A DNA stretch of 63,944 nucleotides, filler included, from Hyphochytrium catenoides (GCA_900088475.1; 8 parts of 8 records of this genome joined end to end with filler, not necessarily neighbours in it); one strand, 5' to 3'. Counted from the whole stretch's first letter, positions 12,189 to 25,000 are shown. Program-made: numbers and translations. The notes: generated by a model from the letters alone, not told the origin.

Positions 12189-14324
12189 CTACTCCTCCGC
12201 TACTGGCGCCGTCGGCTGATGAGCATCGTCAATGTCGCCGCTGTCCCCGTCAAATGCATACGTGGACTCTGCGCGTGGCCGAGGGATATCGGACGCTGGA
12301 GGCTCTGCGGCTTTGGTTTCCTCCTCAAGCCCTACAGCCGAGAGTTCACCTTTCGTTTCTGCGGTTTCTATCGCGTCAGAGCTTCCTGACAGAAGACTTG
12401 GGCTCGAAAGAGACGACAGATAATGGTGCTGGTCTGCAGGGCTACTATAGTCAGCGGAGTCCAGTCTTCGGCTTTCCTCCTGCTCATCTTCTAGGCCCTC
12501 AAATGCGACTGTACTAGCTCTTGATAGCACTGTCCGAGAAGGTTCTGGCCCTTCGTAGGCTTTCTCCTCCTCTTGGTCCATAGCGGGGCTGGATAAGACT
12601 CCACTCGTCTCTTCGCTGATAGTTGAGATAGCAGAAGAGATTAGATCCTCACCCGGCGCAGCTGTAGCCGTTAGTTCTCCTGTTGCTTGTTTCCTCTTCA
12701 GCTCTATGCGGCTCTGTCTTCTCTCTTGTGCCATCGCTCTGAAGGAATAGTTGGGGAACAGGTTGGTGGTAGGAAGTTTCACACCCGTCATAGGTGAGGT
12801 GTCATGAGTCGCGAACCACTTCTCAATGGCAGGACGGTCATAGGTGTGGCCGTCTGCTGCTACGACTGGATCCCTCATAGGGGCACCAGTAATGGGACAG
12901 AGAAGTTGTGCAGGACAGTCTTCGTCCTCGTCGCTACTCTCTGTGTCGCCATCCTTGACCACAGCTGATGCGCTGTTGCTCTGCTCTTCCTTCTTGTGAC
13001 TCGTGCTCGACGCGGTTTGCATACCTATCTTCTGCACTTGATAGTCTTCCTTGATAAGGTCGAAGGTCAGGGCTGCACCGTGCTTTAAGCTCTCCCAACC
13101 AGCCTTCAGCCCCTCATGATTTACCTCTTCCAGGCCCTGCTTAAGAACCTCGAAGGTATAATACGCTGCCTGCTTAGTCATGGTCATAGCCAGCTTAGCC
13201 CACCGTTGGTACCGTCTAGGCAGTCGTCTGTAAGCTTTGACTACTATGCCCCCTACGGTAGAGTGCTGAACCCGAGTTGCTTGCCTCACGACTAAGCCGT
13301 AGGCTTGAGTCACCACGGTGCTCCGTTCGAGAACAAAGATAGCGTTTCTGTGCAGCTCCACTGTGGACTCCCAGCCCTCATCCTCAGTAAGAAATGATAC
13401 TAAGACGTAATCACCATGAACAGCTTGCACCGTGAGTACAACGCTTAGAGGGAACACCAGATCCGTCAGTCTTGATCCAAAGCCAACCGGACGAGCCAGA
13501 TCTCCAACTCGAGGAGACAAGCCTTTTGAATCATAGTCCGCCGAGAGTCGAACCTCGCCGCAATTGTCTCCCAAAGAGAGCCATACGTCCGCTGTGGTCA
13601 TCTTTCCCATAAGGAGATCAATGGGATCAAAGATGCCTTCTCCAATCAGATCTCCCTGCTCTTTCTTGCAATCCGTGTCGTCTTGCCGACCCTCATTCTT
13701 TGTCCATTTGTGATACATCTTTACCGACAGTATGGGATTGTGAGGGTCAAAGAGGTAGTTTGGTCTGCTCCTAAGACCTCCATGCTTTGCCAACAATGGG
13801 GAGACCGTGGTCTGAGGGCCTGCCGCTTGCAGAGGAGGTAAGGGAATGTCAAAGAAGAACTGTTCCCGGCTCCATCTCGGGTTGAGATCATTCATAACGA
13901 CGCTGGACCGCGCTACCTGCGATCCCAGAGAGATGACGCAGAAAGGATTGGAGTGTGCACTAGTCTTGACACCAAACCAGCCACCGCTTTCCATTGCCTT
14001 CAGATTTCTTCCCCCAATCAGTCGAACGGTCAGAATGCCAGCAATTGTTACGTCGGAAATGGAAGACTCTTGACCACGACTGGAGGGCTGGTATGCAGGC
14101 GATGCAGAAGCAGAATGTGAACTCGGATGGCTTCTGACAGCGGGAGAGACGTGCCGTGACCTGCGGCCATCGTGTTCCGGTTGTTCTTCAAGTTGATGAT
14201 TCTTGGCAGAAGAATGCCGTGCCAACTTTTCCCTTAGTGCCTCAATCTTCGCCACATTTACAGGTGTGGATGCACCGGAAGATAGCACTGGCGTTGAAGC
14301 ACCAGAGTACGGGGACGACAGCAT
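12189..14324 (-). CDS. Intronless C2-domain + U-box protein (putative E3 ubiquitin ligase)
   Basis: 724-codon ORF, first ATG at 14324. C2 domain GILTVRLIGGRNLKAME...NPFCVISLG...RSSVVMNDLNPRW..EQFFF (~13530-14040). U-box CPAQLLCPITGAPMRDPVVAADGHTYDRPAIEKWF...TSPMTG...LFPNYSFR (~12730-12917). Confidence 0.9.
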   Translation of the reverse strand: MLSSPYSGASTPVLSSGASTPVNVAKIEALREKLARHSSAKNHQLEEQPEHDGRRSRHVSPAVRSHPSSHSASASPAYQPSSRGQESSISDVTIAGILTVRLIGGRNLKAMESGGWFGVKTSAHSNPFCVISLGSQVARSSVVMNDLNPRWSREQFFFDIPLPPLQAAGPQTTVSPLLAKHGGLRSRPNYLFDPHNPILSVKMYHKWTKNEGRQDDTDCKKEQGDLIGEGIFDPIDLLMGKMTTADVWLSLGDNCGEVRLSADYDSKGLSPRVGDLARPVGFGSRLTDLVFPLSVVLTVQAVHGDYVLVSFLTEDEGWESTVELHRNAIFVLERSTVVTQAYGLVVRQATRVQHSTVGGIVVKAYRRLPRRYQRWAKLAMTMTKQAAYYTFEVLKQGLEEVNHEGLKAGWESLKHGAALTFDLIKEDYQVQKIGMQTASSTSHKKEEQSNSASAVVKDGDTESSDEDEDCPAQLLCPITGAPMRDPVVAADGHTYDRPAIEKWFATHDTSPMTGVKLPTTNLFPNYSFRAMAQERRQSRIELKRKQATGELTATAAPGEDLISSAISTISEETSGVLSSPAMDQEEEKAYEGPEPSRTVLSRASTVAFEGLEDEQEESRRLDSADYSSPADQHHYLSSLSSPSLLSGSSDAIETAETKGELSAVGLEEETKAAEPPASDIPRPRAESTYAFDGDSGDIDDAHQPTAPVAEE

Positions 14325-15746
14325 GGTTGCGCCGGCTAAAGGCACCACCAGCCCGTCGGACAAGCCGAATGAATGTCCTGTTCCGTAGAGCTAGATTCAA
14401 CCCGTTTTGGGGACAGGTCTGCTCACAAAGGTGTCCAATCCCAGCCGCGGCAACGTCGGGCGTAAGGAATGGATCTCACTCCTATCGGACACCGTCCTCT
14501 AAAGATATAGTAAGTCCAATGTGAAGGATGAAGAGATAAGAAAGCCGATGTGGACAGGTTCCCTCCTCTTGTTTCTCCAGCTTCCTCTGCTGAGAGTTCC
14601 CGACTCTTCTTTCTTCTTGATCCTGCTGTTCTCTTCTCAAGCTTCTCACGGCGCTGTGGGTGCCGCTGTTCTTCGCTCTTTTCTTGGCCTTTCCCGTTCT
14701 TTCCCTTGATCTCTGCGCACTTTCGTTGCTCTGTCGGCCCTGGTTTCTGACTCTCCCTCCTCTTCCTTCCTGCTCTTTCTCTAAAGGAGACGCCTTTCCC
14801 AAACTGCTCTGCCTTCCCTACTGAGAGCGCTAACGGCTGGTGAGGACAGTCGGTCACCCTAGGAGGTGGTGGATTTAGTAAGATCTTTTGGCTTATATTG
14901 TATAGGGTATTATGGGGGCTAACGTTGGCTACCTAGGGCTTGGGGCACTCTTTTAGGGGGAAAAAAAGGAGCTGGTTTGGAGGCGTTTTGTGAATAGTAG
15001 CTGAGCCTCGAACTGACAAGATGTGTTATACGAATTTAGAATATTGCCAAACGTGTCAATGCTATAGTACAGTACGGTACAGCCTTAAGTGTGTAATGAG
15101 TGCTTATTCTTAATAAGGATGACTGTATCTCTAGATAACGGAATGAGCGAAACCCGTAAATGACGCATTCATGCTATGGTTGCCTTCTGATAACTAATGA
15201 GTTCCTTCCTCCAGTTATCTTATCTGCACGCTGGTGCCGTTATTGAGTGCGAAGTGCTCCACAGAAGAAGATAATTATTTCAAGCCCACGGACCCAGACG
15301 GCGCGCAGCGAGAGTCGTAGCAACGGCTCAACCAGCTGATCGACCTGTATGTTCTTCCTCCCGCTGCTGCTGCTGCTGCTGCATCGCTACATTGCCCTGT
15401 TGCCTTGTCTGAGTGGCTGCCGCTGATGCTGCCGGCTGTGGCCGCTTCTCTGCAGAAGTGCTGGTTGGGCCCTTCTTACTGTTAGCCCGAGGTCAAACAA
15501 TACACATCAACATCAGTAGTCACGTCGCGTCACTGGAACGGGTGTTGGCAGACGTGCTTTTTGCTGGGCGAGGGAGGTGGGGCCATCCTTAGCCTTCCTG
15601 CACCTCAAGGCGTGAGATGCCGCACTGTTGTGTGTCGTTATAGACCATAGACTGCAGCGCCTGTGCCGCTGACTAAGGTGCACACTGTCTGCATTCCAGC
15701 ATGTACGGAACTCTATTTGACCTTCTAGCACAAGAGGAAGAGACTA

Positions 15747-18700
15747 ATGAACTCTCTTAGGGAATCGTATTCCGCGGCTGGGGACTTCTCCCCTTACAGC
15801 TTCACGGACGAGGGCTTCTCCTCTCGTCCCGGAACCACTCCTCTGCCGACCGCTCCATTCGATCGAGCAGGCTTCAATACTCGGCGGAGTTCAGCTGGCC
15901 TTCCAGAGCGGAGCAACAACTTTAAGGTTGTTATCCGGATAAGACCTCCACTTCAGAGAGAACTCCAGGTGACAGCACGTCCTTCTTCGCATGGTCAGGA
16001 CAAGGCACTGATAATGCTGCGCTAACTAGGGAGAGAATCCATTCCAAAACGTTGCGTACGTGGAACCCTCAGGGCAGGTGATCCACCTGTCAGAGAACCC
16101 CTACGCTGGAAACCAGAATGACGGAGCCACGTCACCGTCTCCGCCGCCAGGTAGTCTTACAAGCTTCATAGCGCATGTCAATGCCCTTCGCAAGTAACCC
16201 AACTTTCTCTTGCCAGGCGTGTACGCTTCTCATACGTTCACATTCGACCATGTGTACGACCAGTTCAGCTCTCAGCAGCTGGTCTACGACTCAACGGCCA
16301 AACCTGTGGTCACATCGTCTCTGGAAGGGTATAATGCTACCATCTTTGCTTACGGGCAGACCGGCACAGGGAAGACCTACACCATGGAAGGAGGTGCTCT
16401 CACGGGACGGGATCCTGTGGAAGAGAGAGGCATTATTCCGCGGGCGATTGAGCAGGTTACCGCCTCAAAGAACGCCTAGGCGTCGCTCTAGTATGAACTA
16501 AAGGGCTCACACATCCTTCTGTGACAGATATTCAACTTTATCGAGACAAACGTAGCTGCAAGGAAGAGGTTCTTGGTCCGTGCTTCTTACTTGCAAATCT
16601 ACAATGAGGTAGATCGCTTCGAAGTTACCCAGTGGCGCCTTTGGTTTACTCTCTGCTGACAACAATCTCATTTCCTAGCAAATATCAGACCTGCTCAAGC
16701 CAGAGAGGGTGAACCTTGCCATCAGAGAGGATAAGAAGAAAGGGGTCTTTGTGGAAGGGCTTAGTGAGTGGGTGGTTCGCTCTCCAGCAGAGATCTATGG
16801 CTTGATGCAGCGAGGAGCTGGCGTCCGAGCCACGGGCAGCACCAAGATGAATGAACTCTCTTCCAGAAGGTTGACACCATCATACCTAGCTTAAGTTCTA
16901 CCATCGTCTCACTGTCAGGTTCTCCTCTGCGCTGTTCGTCTTTGTTTCCGCGCTCATGCATTTGCTGTTGGCGTTGCAGTCATGCCGTCTTCATCATTAT
17001 CGTCGAGCAGAGCGAAACGCATTATGTGGATGATCAAGGCAACGATTTAACCGCGGAGCAATTCGCTGTATTTATGAACACCAAGGGCCCGGCTAGGGAC
17101 AAGGCATTAGCCCAGCTGGAGTCTCACGTGCGACAGAGCTTCAAGGTAATCAAGACCAGTTAGCATTGTGACCTTCTCTAAAGAAGGGAGTACTGTTCCC
17201 TGTGGCAGCACTTATCCTCCTCCTCTGTTGTCTCTAGCCCTGCTCTAACCCTTGGTGCGTGGTAGGTCGGGAAGCTGAACTTAGTCGACCTTGCAGGGTC
17301 TGAGCGTGTAAGGTTGTCTGGCGCGACAGGGCAGAGGCTGGAAGAGAGCAAGAAGATTAATCAATCGCTCTCTGCGCTAGGAAACGTCATTGCTGCGCTG
17401 ACAGATACCCGCTCAAGGCAACACATTCCCTATAGGGATTCTAAGTTAACACGGATTTTGGAAGACAGGCATGTACTCATATTCAGCCCATCACTGGGAG
17501 TTTCCTTGACAACTGAGTTGACTACTTCACCTTGCTCGCCTTCTTTCTCTGATCACATGGTTTGCATGTCCCAACCGACTTCCGCTGGCATTAATGCTAT
17601 CTGTCCTCCTTAAACAGTCTCGGGGGTAACTGCAAGACGACAATGATGGCGATGATCTCCCCAGCCCTCGAGGCAATGCAGGAGTCTCTATCCACCCTTA
17701 AATTTGCCAACCGTGCCAAGAACATTAAGAATGAAGCCCGAATTAATGAGGATCTGGATCAAAAGTCTCTTCTCAGAAAGTACGAGCGAGAACTCAAGCG
17801 GCTGAGGGCGGAGTTGGACGAGAAGAGTAAAAATGTCGTAGACAAGAGGAGATTGCTGGAGCTGGACGAGCAGCGCCGGAGGGCAGAGGAGGACAAAATG
17901 GTTGCCATCCGAGCTCTGGAGCAACGCTCCTTAGAGTTCATGCGGGAGAAAGAGGAGAAGAGGAAATTGGAGGAGCGAATAGCAATGCTGACCTCTCAGA
18001 TGCTGAGGTACCTCCCTTTGCCGCTATACCATTCCCATAACTGCCTTGCTCTAACATCTTCTGCTTACCTCAGTTCCACGGACAAGTACGAGGGTGGTGG
18101 AAGTATTGCGAATGAAGGTACTGCCAGGAACAACATGAAGGACCAACAAGACCACATACGAAAGGTAAAGATCACCATCTTGCCGCTCAGATTAAATGTT
18201 AGAGAGCTGGTACTGCTCTTACTATTCGTCTATAACCCAATTATCCGCTCTGTCACTTTGAGCGTCTTCGCTAGCTGCTTCCTGCCTGGACCATTATCGC
18301 GGCCTATGTCTAGTCACTACGAGGGCCTTTGAGCTCTGCACCATCATTTTGAACATTTCTTCGCTTCTTCTAATAGGCGTATGAGAGCAAGCTTGCCGAA
18401 CTAGAGCGGGAGCGGGAGACAATAGAAGAAGAGAAGGCACAAGTAGACCGCTATAAGCAGCTTCTGCTCAAGCAAAGGGACATTATGATTGCTCTCACAC
18501 AACGTCTGAATGAGAGAGACGAACAGATCATGATGCTGCAAGACGAGCTGGATGTCTATGATAGGCACCAGAGACAACTCGAGGAGAAGCTGGACGAGAA
18601 GACCGCTCAGCTCATCCATTTGCAGCGTGTACTCATTGAAAAGGGTGCAGGACAGGCCGAGAATGTTGATATAGATTTGCGGGATAGACAGGAGGGAGCA

Positions 18701-19705
18701 CACAATGGGCCTCCGAGTCGAGTGCCACAGGAGGTAGAGCCTATTGGATTATATAATGACCAGCGGCAAGGCTCCGCGGGAAAGGCAAGAGGCGAGGCTG
18801 CCAAGATAGCAGAGCTGCAGTTGCAACTGGACTCTCAAGCAAGTGAGCAAGCCCGTCTAGTTAAGGAACTGGAGGACCTTAGGACAGAGAAGGTGAGGAA
18901 AGGACGAAGAGAATGAGCTACCTAGCTAAATTCCAGTGATATCCCACGGTGTCTCGTATGGCTGGTTCCTTTCCACGCTAACTCTCCTACGCACCAGGTG
19001 GCTCTAGAGCAGTTTATTAGAGATAGAAGAGACCGCATGGGAGGCGCCAGTACCCCTCCTCTTCCTCCATCCCGAGATCAAGGCGCTGCTGTTGATCCGA
19101 AGGAGCATATTGCAGAGCTATCAGCGCGAGTCCACGTCCTTACTCGGCAGTACGCCAACCTCCGTCTCGAGACGTCCGGCCAGCTGCAAGAAAAGGAGGA
19201 TGCTTTGACGAGGGAGAGAGATGCCGTGCAGCGGCTGAACGAGGAGATGGTGGCGCTGAAGAGCACTTTGGAGGGAGAACGAGGACAGAGAGTCCGACAG
19301 AGCGAGACTATGGACGGGCAACAGAACAATACAGAGGTAAAACTCCAGCAGCTTGACTCTCGATGTTCACTACTCGTCAAGGAGAGGAAGGCGATGCAGG
19401 TCATAATGGAGAATAAGATCAAGACTATGGTCTCTGCTATCGCTCAAGTCTCGCAGGAAATGGCTTCGGCTCCTGGAGGCTTAGCTCCGCCCCACTTGCC
19501 CCGTCTACTGAAGGAGGTAGGAGCACTGCAGCGGCTCGTGAATGCCGCAGTAGTGGCGCTGCAGAACGCGGAGAAGCAGGACAGTAGCCGGATGGCAGCG
19601 GTGGACCCTAAGGCTACCGGGTTGAGCCAGGAAACGCTGCCTGGTTCTGGGCCATTGCGGAGCAAAATCAACCTTCTGTCTCCGAATGTCAGCGGCGGAG
19701 ACTGA
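15747..19705 (+). CDS. N-terminal-motor kinesin with long coiled-coil tail, multi-exon
   Basis: Exons encode [18 protein letters not shown]-loop [21 protein letters not shown], switch I SSR|SHAVF, switch [28 protein letters not shown]|SLGGN and [13 protein letters not shown], followed by heptad-rich tail exons. Subfamily not assignable by eye. Confidence 0.95.
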
Positions 19706-19976
19706 GGATTAGCGAAATAGCAGCAATTAAGAATGAGTCTAGAAGAAAAGCGTGGACCATAGCCAAGGGGAACCAACATCGTGTTGAACGTTCTTTCAGT
19801 TGAGCAGTAGACGCTCTACCATAGACAAGCTTACGGACTGAGAAATAATAGGAAGCTCCTTAGGGCTCTCGGCATCGTACAGCTTGCTGCTACCCTGTCT
19901 GCGTTCTTGCTTCGTCCGCTCTCCTTCGTCTCTTACTTTGCCACACCAGGCTCGGCTACAGCCTTGATCTCGCGAC

Positions 19977-20869
19977 TTACTCCTTCTGAAGATTGTCCTG
20001 TGCGTCCTTCAACAAGTCTGCTAGCTCTCCTGACTTGTGCAGATCTGTCACGATATCGCATCCGCCCACAAACTCTCCACTTACGTACAGCTGAGGGATC
20101 GTCGGCCATTGTCTAGTCATTGAAGCCGGTTATCAGAAGCCAGCAGGAGGGAGAGGGACGAAATGTAGGACGGCAATAGAGCCATGACCAAGGTCAAATG
20201 GAAAGCAAGAGAGTGTGGGCTTGGATAGACCCTCTCGCACGCTAAGAAGGCTAGGTAGAGCTGGAAGACTGGATACTTACGAGTACTGCTTGATTCCCTC
20301 GCGGATCTCAGGGTGGGCAAGGACATTCACGCTATCAAAGTCCACGCCTAGAGACGAGCATGGCCCATCGTCAGCAAAATGGAGATGGGAAGTAACCAAG
20401 AAAAACAGTTTAGACTGACCTTGAGCGTGCAAGATTTTGACGACCTGAGCGCTGAAGCCGCACATCGGCTGCTGAGGAGTTCCCTTCATATAGAGCAGGA
20501 TAGGATAGGTCTTGACATGCTGAGAAGAGGAGGAAAAGACCAGTGAGAGGAGATATAAACGGCTTGAAGAAGTCGCTGTCACTTCTGGCCTTAGGTGTCC
20601 GAAAGGACTATGACGGTAAGTGCTGACCACACCTTAGTAATGATTTTGATAGCATCGTCGACCGGGCTGCCTCCTTCCGTCTTCTTACTGATCTGAGGCT
20701 TAAAGTCGTCGTGCGAGTCGTCAGAGGAGAAGAACCGAGCAGAGACTGCCTGTTGAACAGCAGGAATGACAGTCCTTGACAGCTGACGAGCTGCAACTGC
20801 AGGAGCGTTGGCCGTTCGCAGACTTGGGATGATGCTCTGGAAGGAGCGCTTAACAGGCAGGCGCAACAT
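19977..20869 (-). CDS. GRX5: Mitochondrial monothiol (CGFS) glutaredoxin, Grx5/GLRX5 type; 4 exons
   Basis: R/S/A-rich presequence ending [15 protein letters not shown], then [33 protein letters not shown]|[21 protein letters not shown]...SGEL; stop at 19977-19979. Confidence 0.95.
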
Positions 20870-21190
20870 CGCAAACGAGCCTTAGAGAGAGATGATAGAA
20901 GTCTCAGAACCAAGCAAGAACAGCCGAGAGAGCTAACAGCAGAGGGAGACTCTAAAGACCAACCATCAAGCCAAGGCGGAGCTCCTAATGAGCGAGTGAG
21001 AGGCCAACAGACAAGATCATCCAAAAGCTTCAGAATGTCTCTGCCGACGCCCAGGCGATGAGAAGCAGAAGCTTCTTGAGCACGTGCAGTCCCAAATAAT
21101 GAATAGTTGAAGTGTTTATGAATCTTATCAAGGATAGAAAGTGTGTTGTCTGGAATAGGCTGACCGACGGTGATTTCTCTGGTGTAGTTG

Positions 21191-21389
21191 CTGTCAGCAG
21201 CTCTGTCAGCAGCCTGTCAGCCAGCCTGTCAGCAGTCTGTCAGCCTGTCAGCAGCTGCCGCTCTGTCAGCAGCTCTGTCAGCAGCCTGTCAGCCAGCCTG
21301 TCAGCAGTCTGTCAGCCTGTCAGCAGCTGCCGCTCTGTCAGCAGCCTGTCAGCAGCTCTGTCAGCCAGCCTGTCGGCAGAACTGTCCAG
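21191..21389. repeat. Higher-order tandem repeat built from a CTGTCAG core
   Basis: Two identical 72-bp units (21191-21262, 21263-21334), each with six CTGTCAG, plus a partial third unit: 15 exact cores and 2 degenerate ones. Confidence 0.95.
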
Positions 21390-22075
21390 GATGAAGGAGC
21401 TTGTCTTCTCTCTCTTGTGCGGCCTCAACGAGCTCTCGAGCCCTCGTAGATTAAGGCATAGATACTGCTCATCTTTTAGCGAACTTGTCGGTGGTGACGC
21501 TGTCTCCCAAGTGCTGGTTCATCAGCCTGCCAACCGTGACAGGCTCTGCCTTCTCTCTCCATCACCGATCATATGGAATATTATTCTCTTCTCTTGATCA
21601 GCCTCCAGCCAACAGCAAGAGTGTTCTCAATTATCCCTCCTTTGCCGCTCCCAACTATCATCAGCAGTCTCTCTCTCTTTGTGCCAGAGACCGTCCTAGC
21701 TATATGGAGATGTAACATGAGGCGCTCAGCGAAGGTACGCTGATGGTGCGCCGGTAGTAGGCCAGGGGTAAGAGCGTACTAATCTTCAGAAAGAATGAAG
21801 TCAGGGACCCTTATGTTACATAGCATGGAGAGGAACAAATTCCTCGGTACTCTATAGTCTTTAGGCCACCCTAATCCAGTCTCCTTACTCTAGAACTGAA
21901 GGCGTCTACGCGGTGAGTGCCAAGGTTGCTTCAATCAACCGCAGTCACTCTCCTTATCTATGTCAGTCTATATTGGGCTCTCACGCCCAAGCAGGATCAC
22001 TAGAGGAGTAGAGCACGCTTGCGAAGAGGAATGTGACTGTCAAGAAACAGAGATCACTTGTCTTTCATTCACCCT

Positions 22076-25000
22076 TCAGCTCCTCTTCTCGTCTTCCTCC
22101 TCCACTATCACTTGCACGCTAGAGTAGAGACCCAGGTCCTTCACACTGCGAACGCCACTACCTGCTAGATTTAGCAGCCGCAGAGATTGAAGCCTTGATC
22201 GTATTTTAAGCAGCTCCAACTCCGTCAGAGCCGTGCAGCCACTGATGTCGAGCTCAGAAAGATTGATCATCCCCTGAACAACCGAAAGGTCAGAGATGGA
22301 GGAGCAGCCCTTCAGGATCAGCACACGGATCGTGGGCCGGCTGTTCAACAGAAAGTCTAAGGTCGTCAGCCGTTTGCAGTCTGTCAATCTAACCACCTCA
22401 AGCCGCGTTAGCCCTTCCAGTGGCGTTAGATCATCTGATGTGAGTGCTTTCAACCTCTTGCAGGAGAAGAGTTCCTTGGTTACCGTGGTGATGCGGCTGT
22501 CTATCGCGAGAGTCAGCAGATTGCTAATGGCCGCGGTCTGTGCCCGCATCTCCACGGTTGGATCCATCTCTAAGGTCGGTCGAGTGTCGTCCACTAGACC
22601 CACATGACGCTCTAGGACTGCACCGCTGGGCATCGAAGGCCGTGTCAGTGCCAGCTCTGAATCGTCCTCCAAGCGCTCAGCCGCTGCAGCCTGCTTGGGG
22701 GAGGAGGGCAATGAGCAGTACAGTGCATCCCTCTCCCCTTCCTCGGGCTGTGAGTCCGGCGAGACAACGCCCGTGTAGCCCTCGTCTGACATGCCGTGCA
22801 AAAAGCGACCAATCTCCCAAACAGCCATCGCTGCCTGCTGCGGGGCCTTCCTGCAGGCTACAAAGATGCCTTCATGGAGGCGACTGATTGACTCGTCTAG
22901 GTCTAGAATCCGGCTAATCGGGTGCCGGAGGTGTGGCATGTACTGAAGGAGAGAGAAAACATATCTCCGCTTGAAGGACTCAGATTCCCCTATGACGTTG
23001 CCTATGATGAGAAGGGCTGCGTGTGAGATAGCCGCTCCGAAGGAGAGGAGAGACTGTAATGACGGAGGATGCCACGAGAAAGGGATAGACGGAGCACGCG
23101 AGGGATGCACTCTAATAGAACTGTATCCAGGAAGCAAGTTTAGGGAACGAAATCAAACATAGATTTGGACACCTGTCACGAGCTTGCCCTACTACTCTTG
23201 GCCTTGCTCTCACCTCCATTAGGGAGCAGCGACTCTAGCAGTGCGGCTGACTCGGTCCCAAAGTCAAACTGATAGCTGTCGACGTCGAGCACTGTGGAGT
23301 GGGCTGATATAGGAAAAGGAAGATGGGGAATGATGACAATGTTCCCCAGTTGGCGCTTTAAACTCTGCATCTGCGTCTCAGTCTTCCTTTGCACCGCCTC
23401 CTGCTGCTCCTGGAATAGCCGCTGCTTCTCCATGACCAAGCCGTAGAATCGCTCTAAGTCCTGTTGCAGTATGCCCTGGATGGATTCCTGTTGTCGTACC
23501 AGCTCCTTCCGCATAGAGCGAACTTCCTGCTGCAGAGCGCGGAGGCGGAGCTTGGTCCACTCATCTCGACGGGTAAAGACCGTTGGGAGGAATATGTGGA
23601 ACTTGAATTGCTGTGTCAACGAGGGAGAAAGACGTCAACAAGACATGGACATAAGTCCCGACGCCAAATAGATACACGGCAAAGACAGGCCGGCTGAAGT
23701 AAGGAAGCTGAAGATGAGCGGAAGCACCAAGCGAGTACACAGCCACTAGCTAGGAACTAACAAGAGCTCAGCTAGGAAGGGACGAGAATCGGCTAGAGGA
23801 TATTGTACCTGGTATAGTGCCTTCACCTCGACCGCTAGCTCCAAGTAGGTAACCTTGCTACTGTCTTTCTCGGCATGCACTGTGGCTTCGATGTCCAGAT
23901 CGTTCTCCACGGTGACGCTGAGAGACAGCGAGACAGAGTCCAGGTTGCGGCCTTGCAAAGCGTCCATAAGGATAGCTCGAAGCATCTCTGTGCACGATGT
24001 ATAGCGGGGCAGACAGGGCAAGTGAGGTGAGAGGGACGGTCTTAGGGGGGCACGTTATGCAATTACCCTGGACAACTTTGGACGAGTGACTATCAGAGAG
24101 ATCCCCAGCTCTGTCCCTCAAGGACATCCGTCGGCAGTACCCTGTCCTAAGCCTATGAGGGACATGCTTTCTCTCTTTGCTGGCACGCTGTGTCTCTCTC
24201 CTGTCTCTCGCTTATCTCTCTCTCGAATCAGGCTTTCTTCCTTATCCACGTCTACATACTTAGGGCCCGTGGAAGAGCACTCAGCCTCTGCTTTCTCAGG
24301 CAGAGTGGCTCTGCTTCTTACTCCACAGGCCTCGCTATGTTTATGTCAACCATCCGTCCTGCCCTGCGACTCTATCTCTTTTCTCAATCTCAAGCCCTTA
24401 GCGCCCGGTTCTTACCAAGGTCTCGGCCCAAGTAAGGGCTAATGTTGGCTAAGTCCGCAGGCTTGAGGACGATCTCATAGCACTGCTCTAGATCCTCATG
24501 GGTGGCATGAATGCGTAGGTTGTTGCCTTCTGGATCCAGCTGGAGAAGGAAGTCATACCCCGCGCAAGAGAGAGAAGAGTTGGAGCGAGGCGGAGACGTA
24601 GGAGGAGTGCACGTCGCCAGCCATTCCTCCGCCTCTTTCAGTGAGCTGGAGGTTAGCCAATCCTCCACTTCCTTGATGGAGCCAGAGGAGGAGGTCTTCC
24701 TATGGTGTGGACGCTCCTTCTCTTCTCCTCCTCTCTTCTGCCCGAACAGTCCAAAGAAGGAGAGCTGCGGACTGCCCAGTCCTTTTCTTGCTTCCTTGTC
24801 TGTCTTCCGCGCCTCCATCGAGAGGGATTGTTCCTAGAGACAGTTTATCAGCAGACAACGTCTAAGAAGACATACCATTGACAAGAGTCTTCCCCCAGTC
24901 TAGATAATGAGAACGAAGAGGTGCAGGAGAAAGAGAGAGAGAGAAAGCTAGTTGACAGGGACCATCAGGAGTGTCTGATGATAGAGAGAGGAACCAAGTA

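Noticed and set aside
21191-21389. CTGTCAG array as a CRISPR array, or as Cys/Gln-rich ORFs (21112-21597, 21188-21394)
   Set aside because: No unique spacers, no cas genes and a eukaryotic context; the ORFs are open only because the repeat lacks stops.
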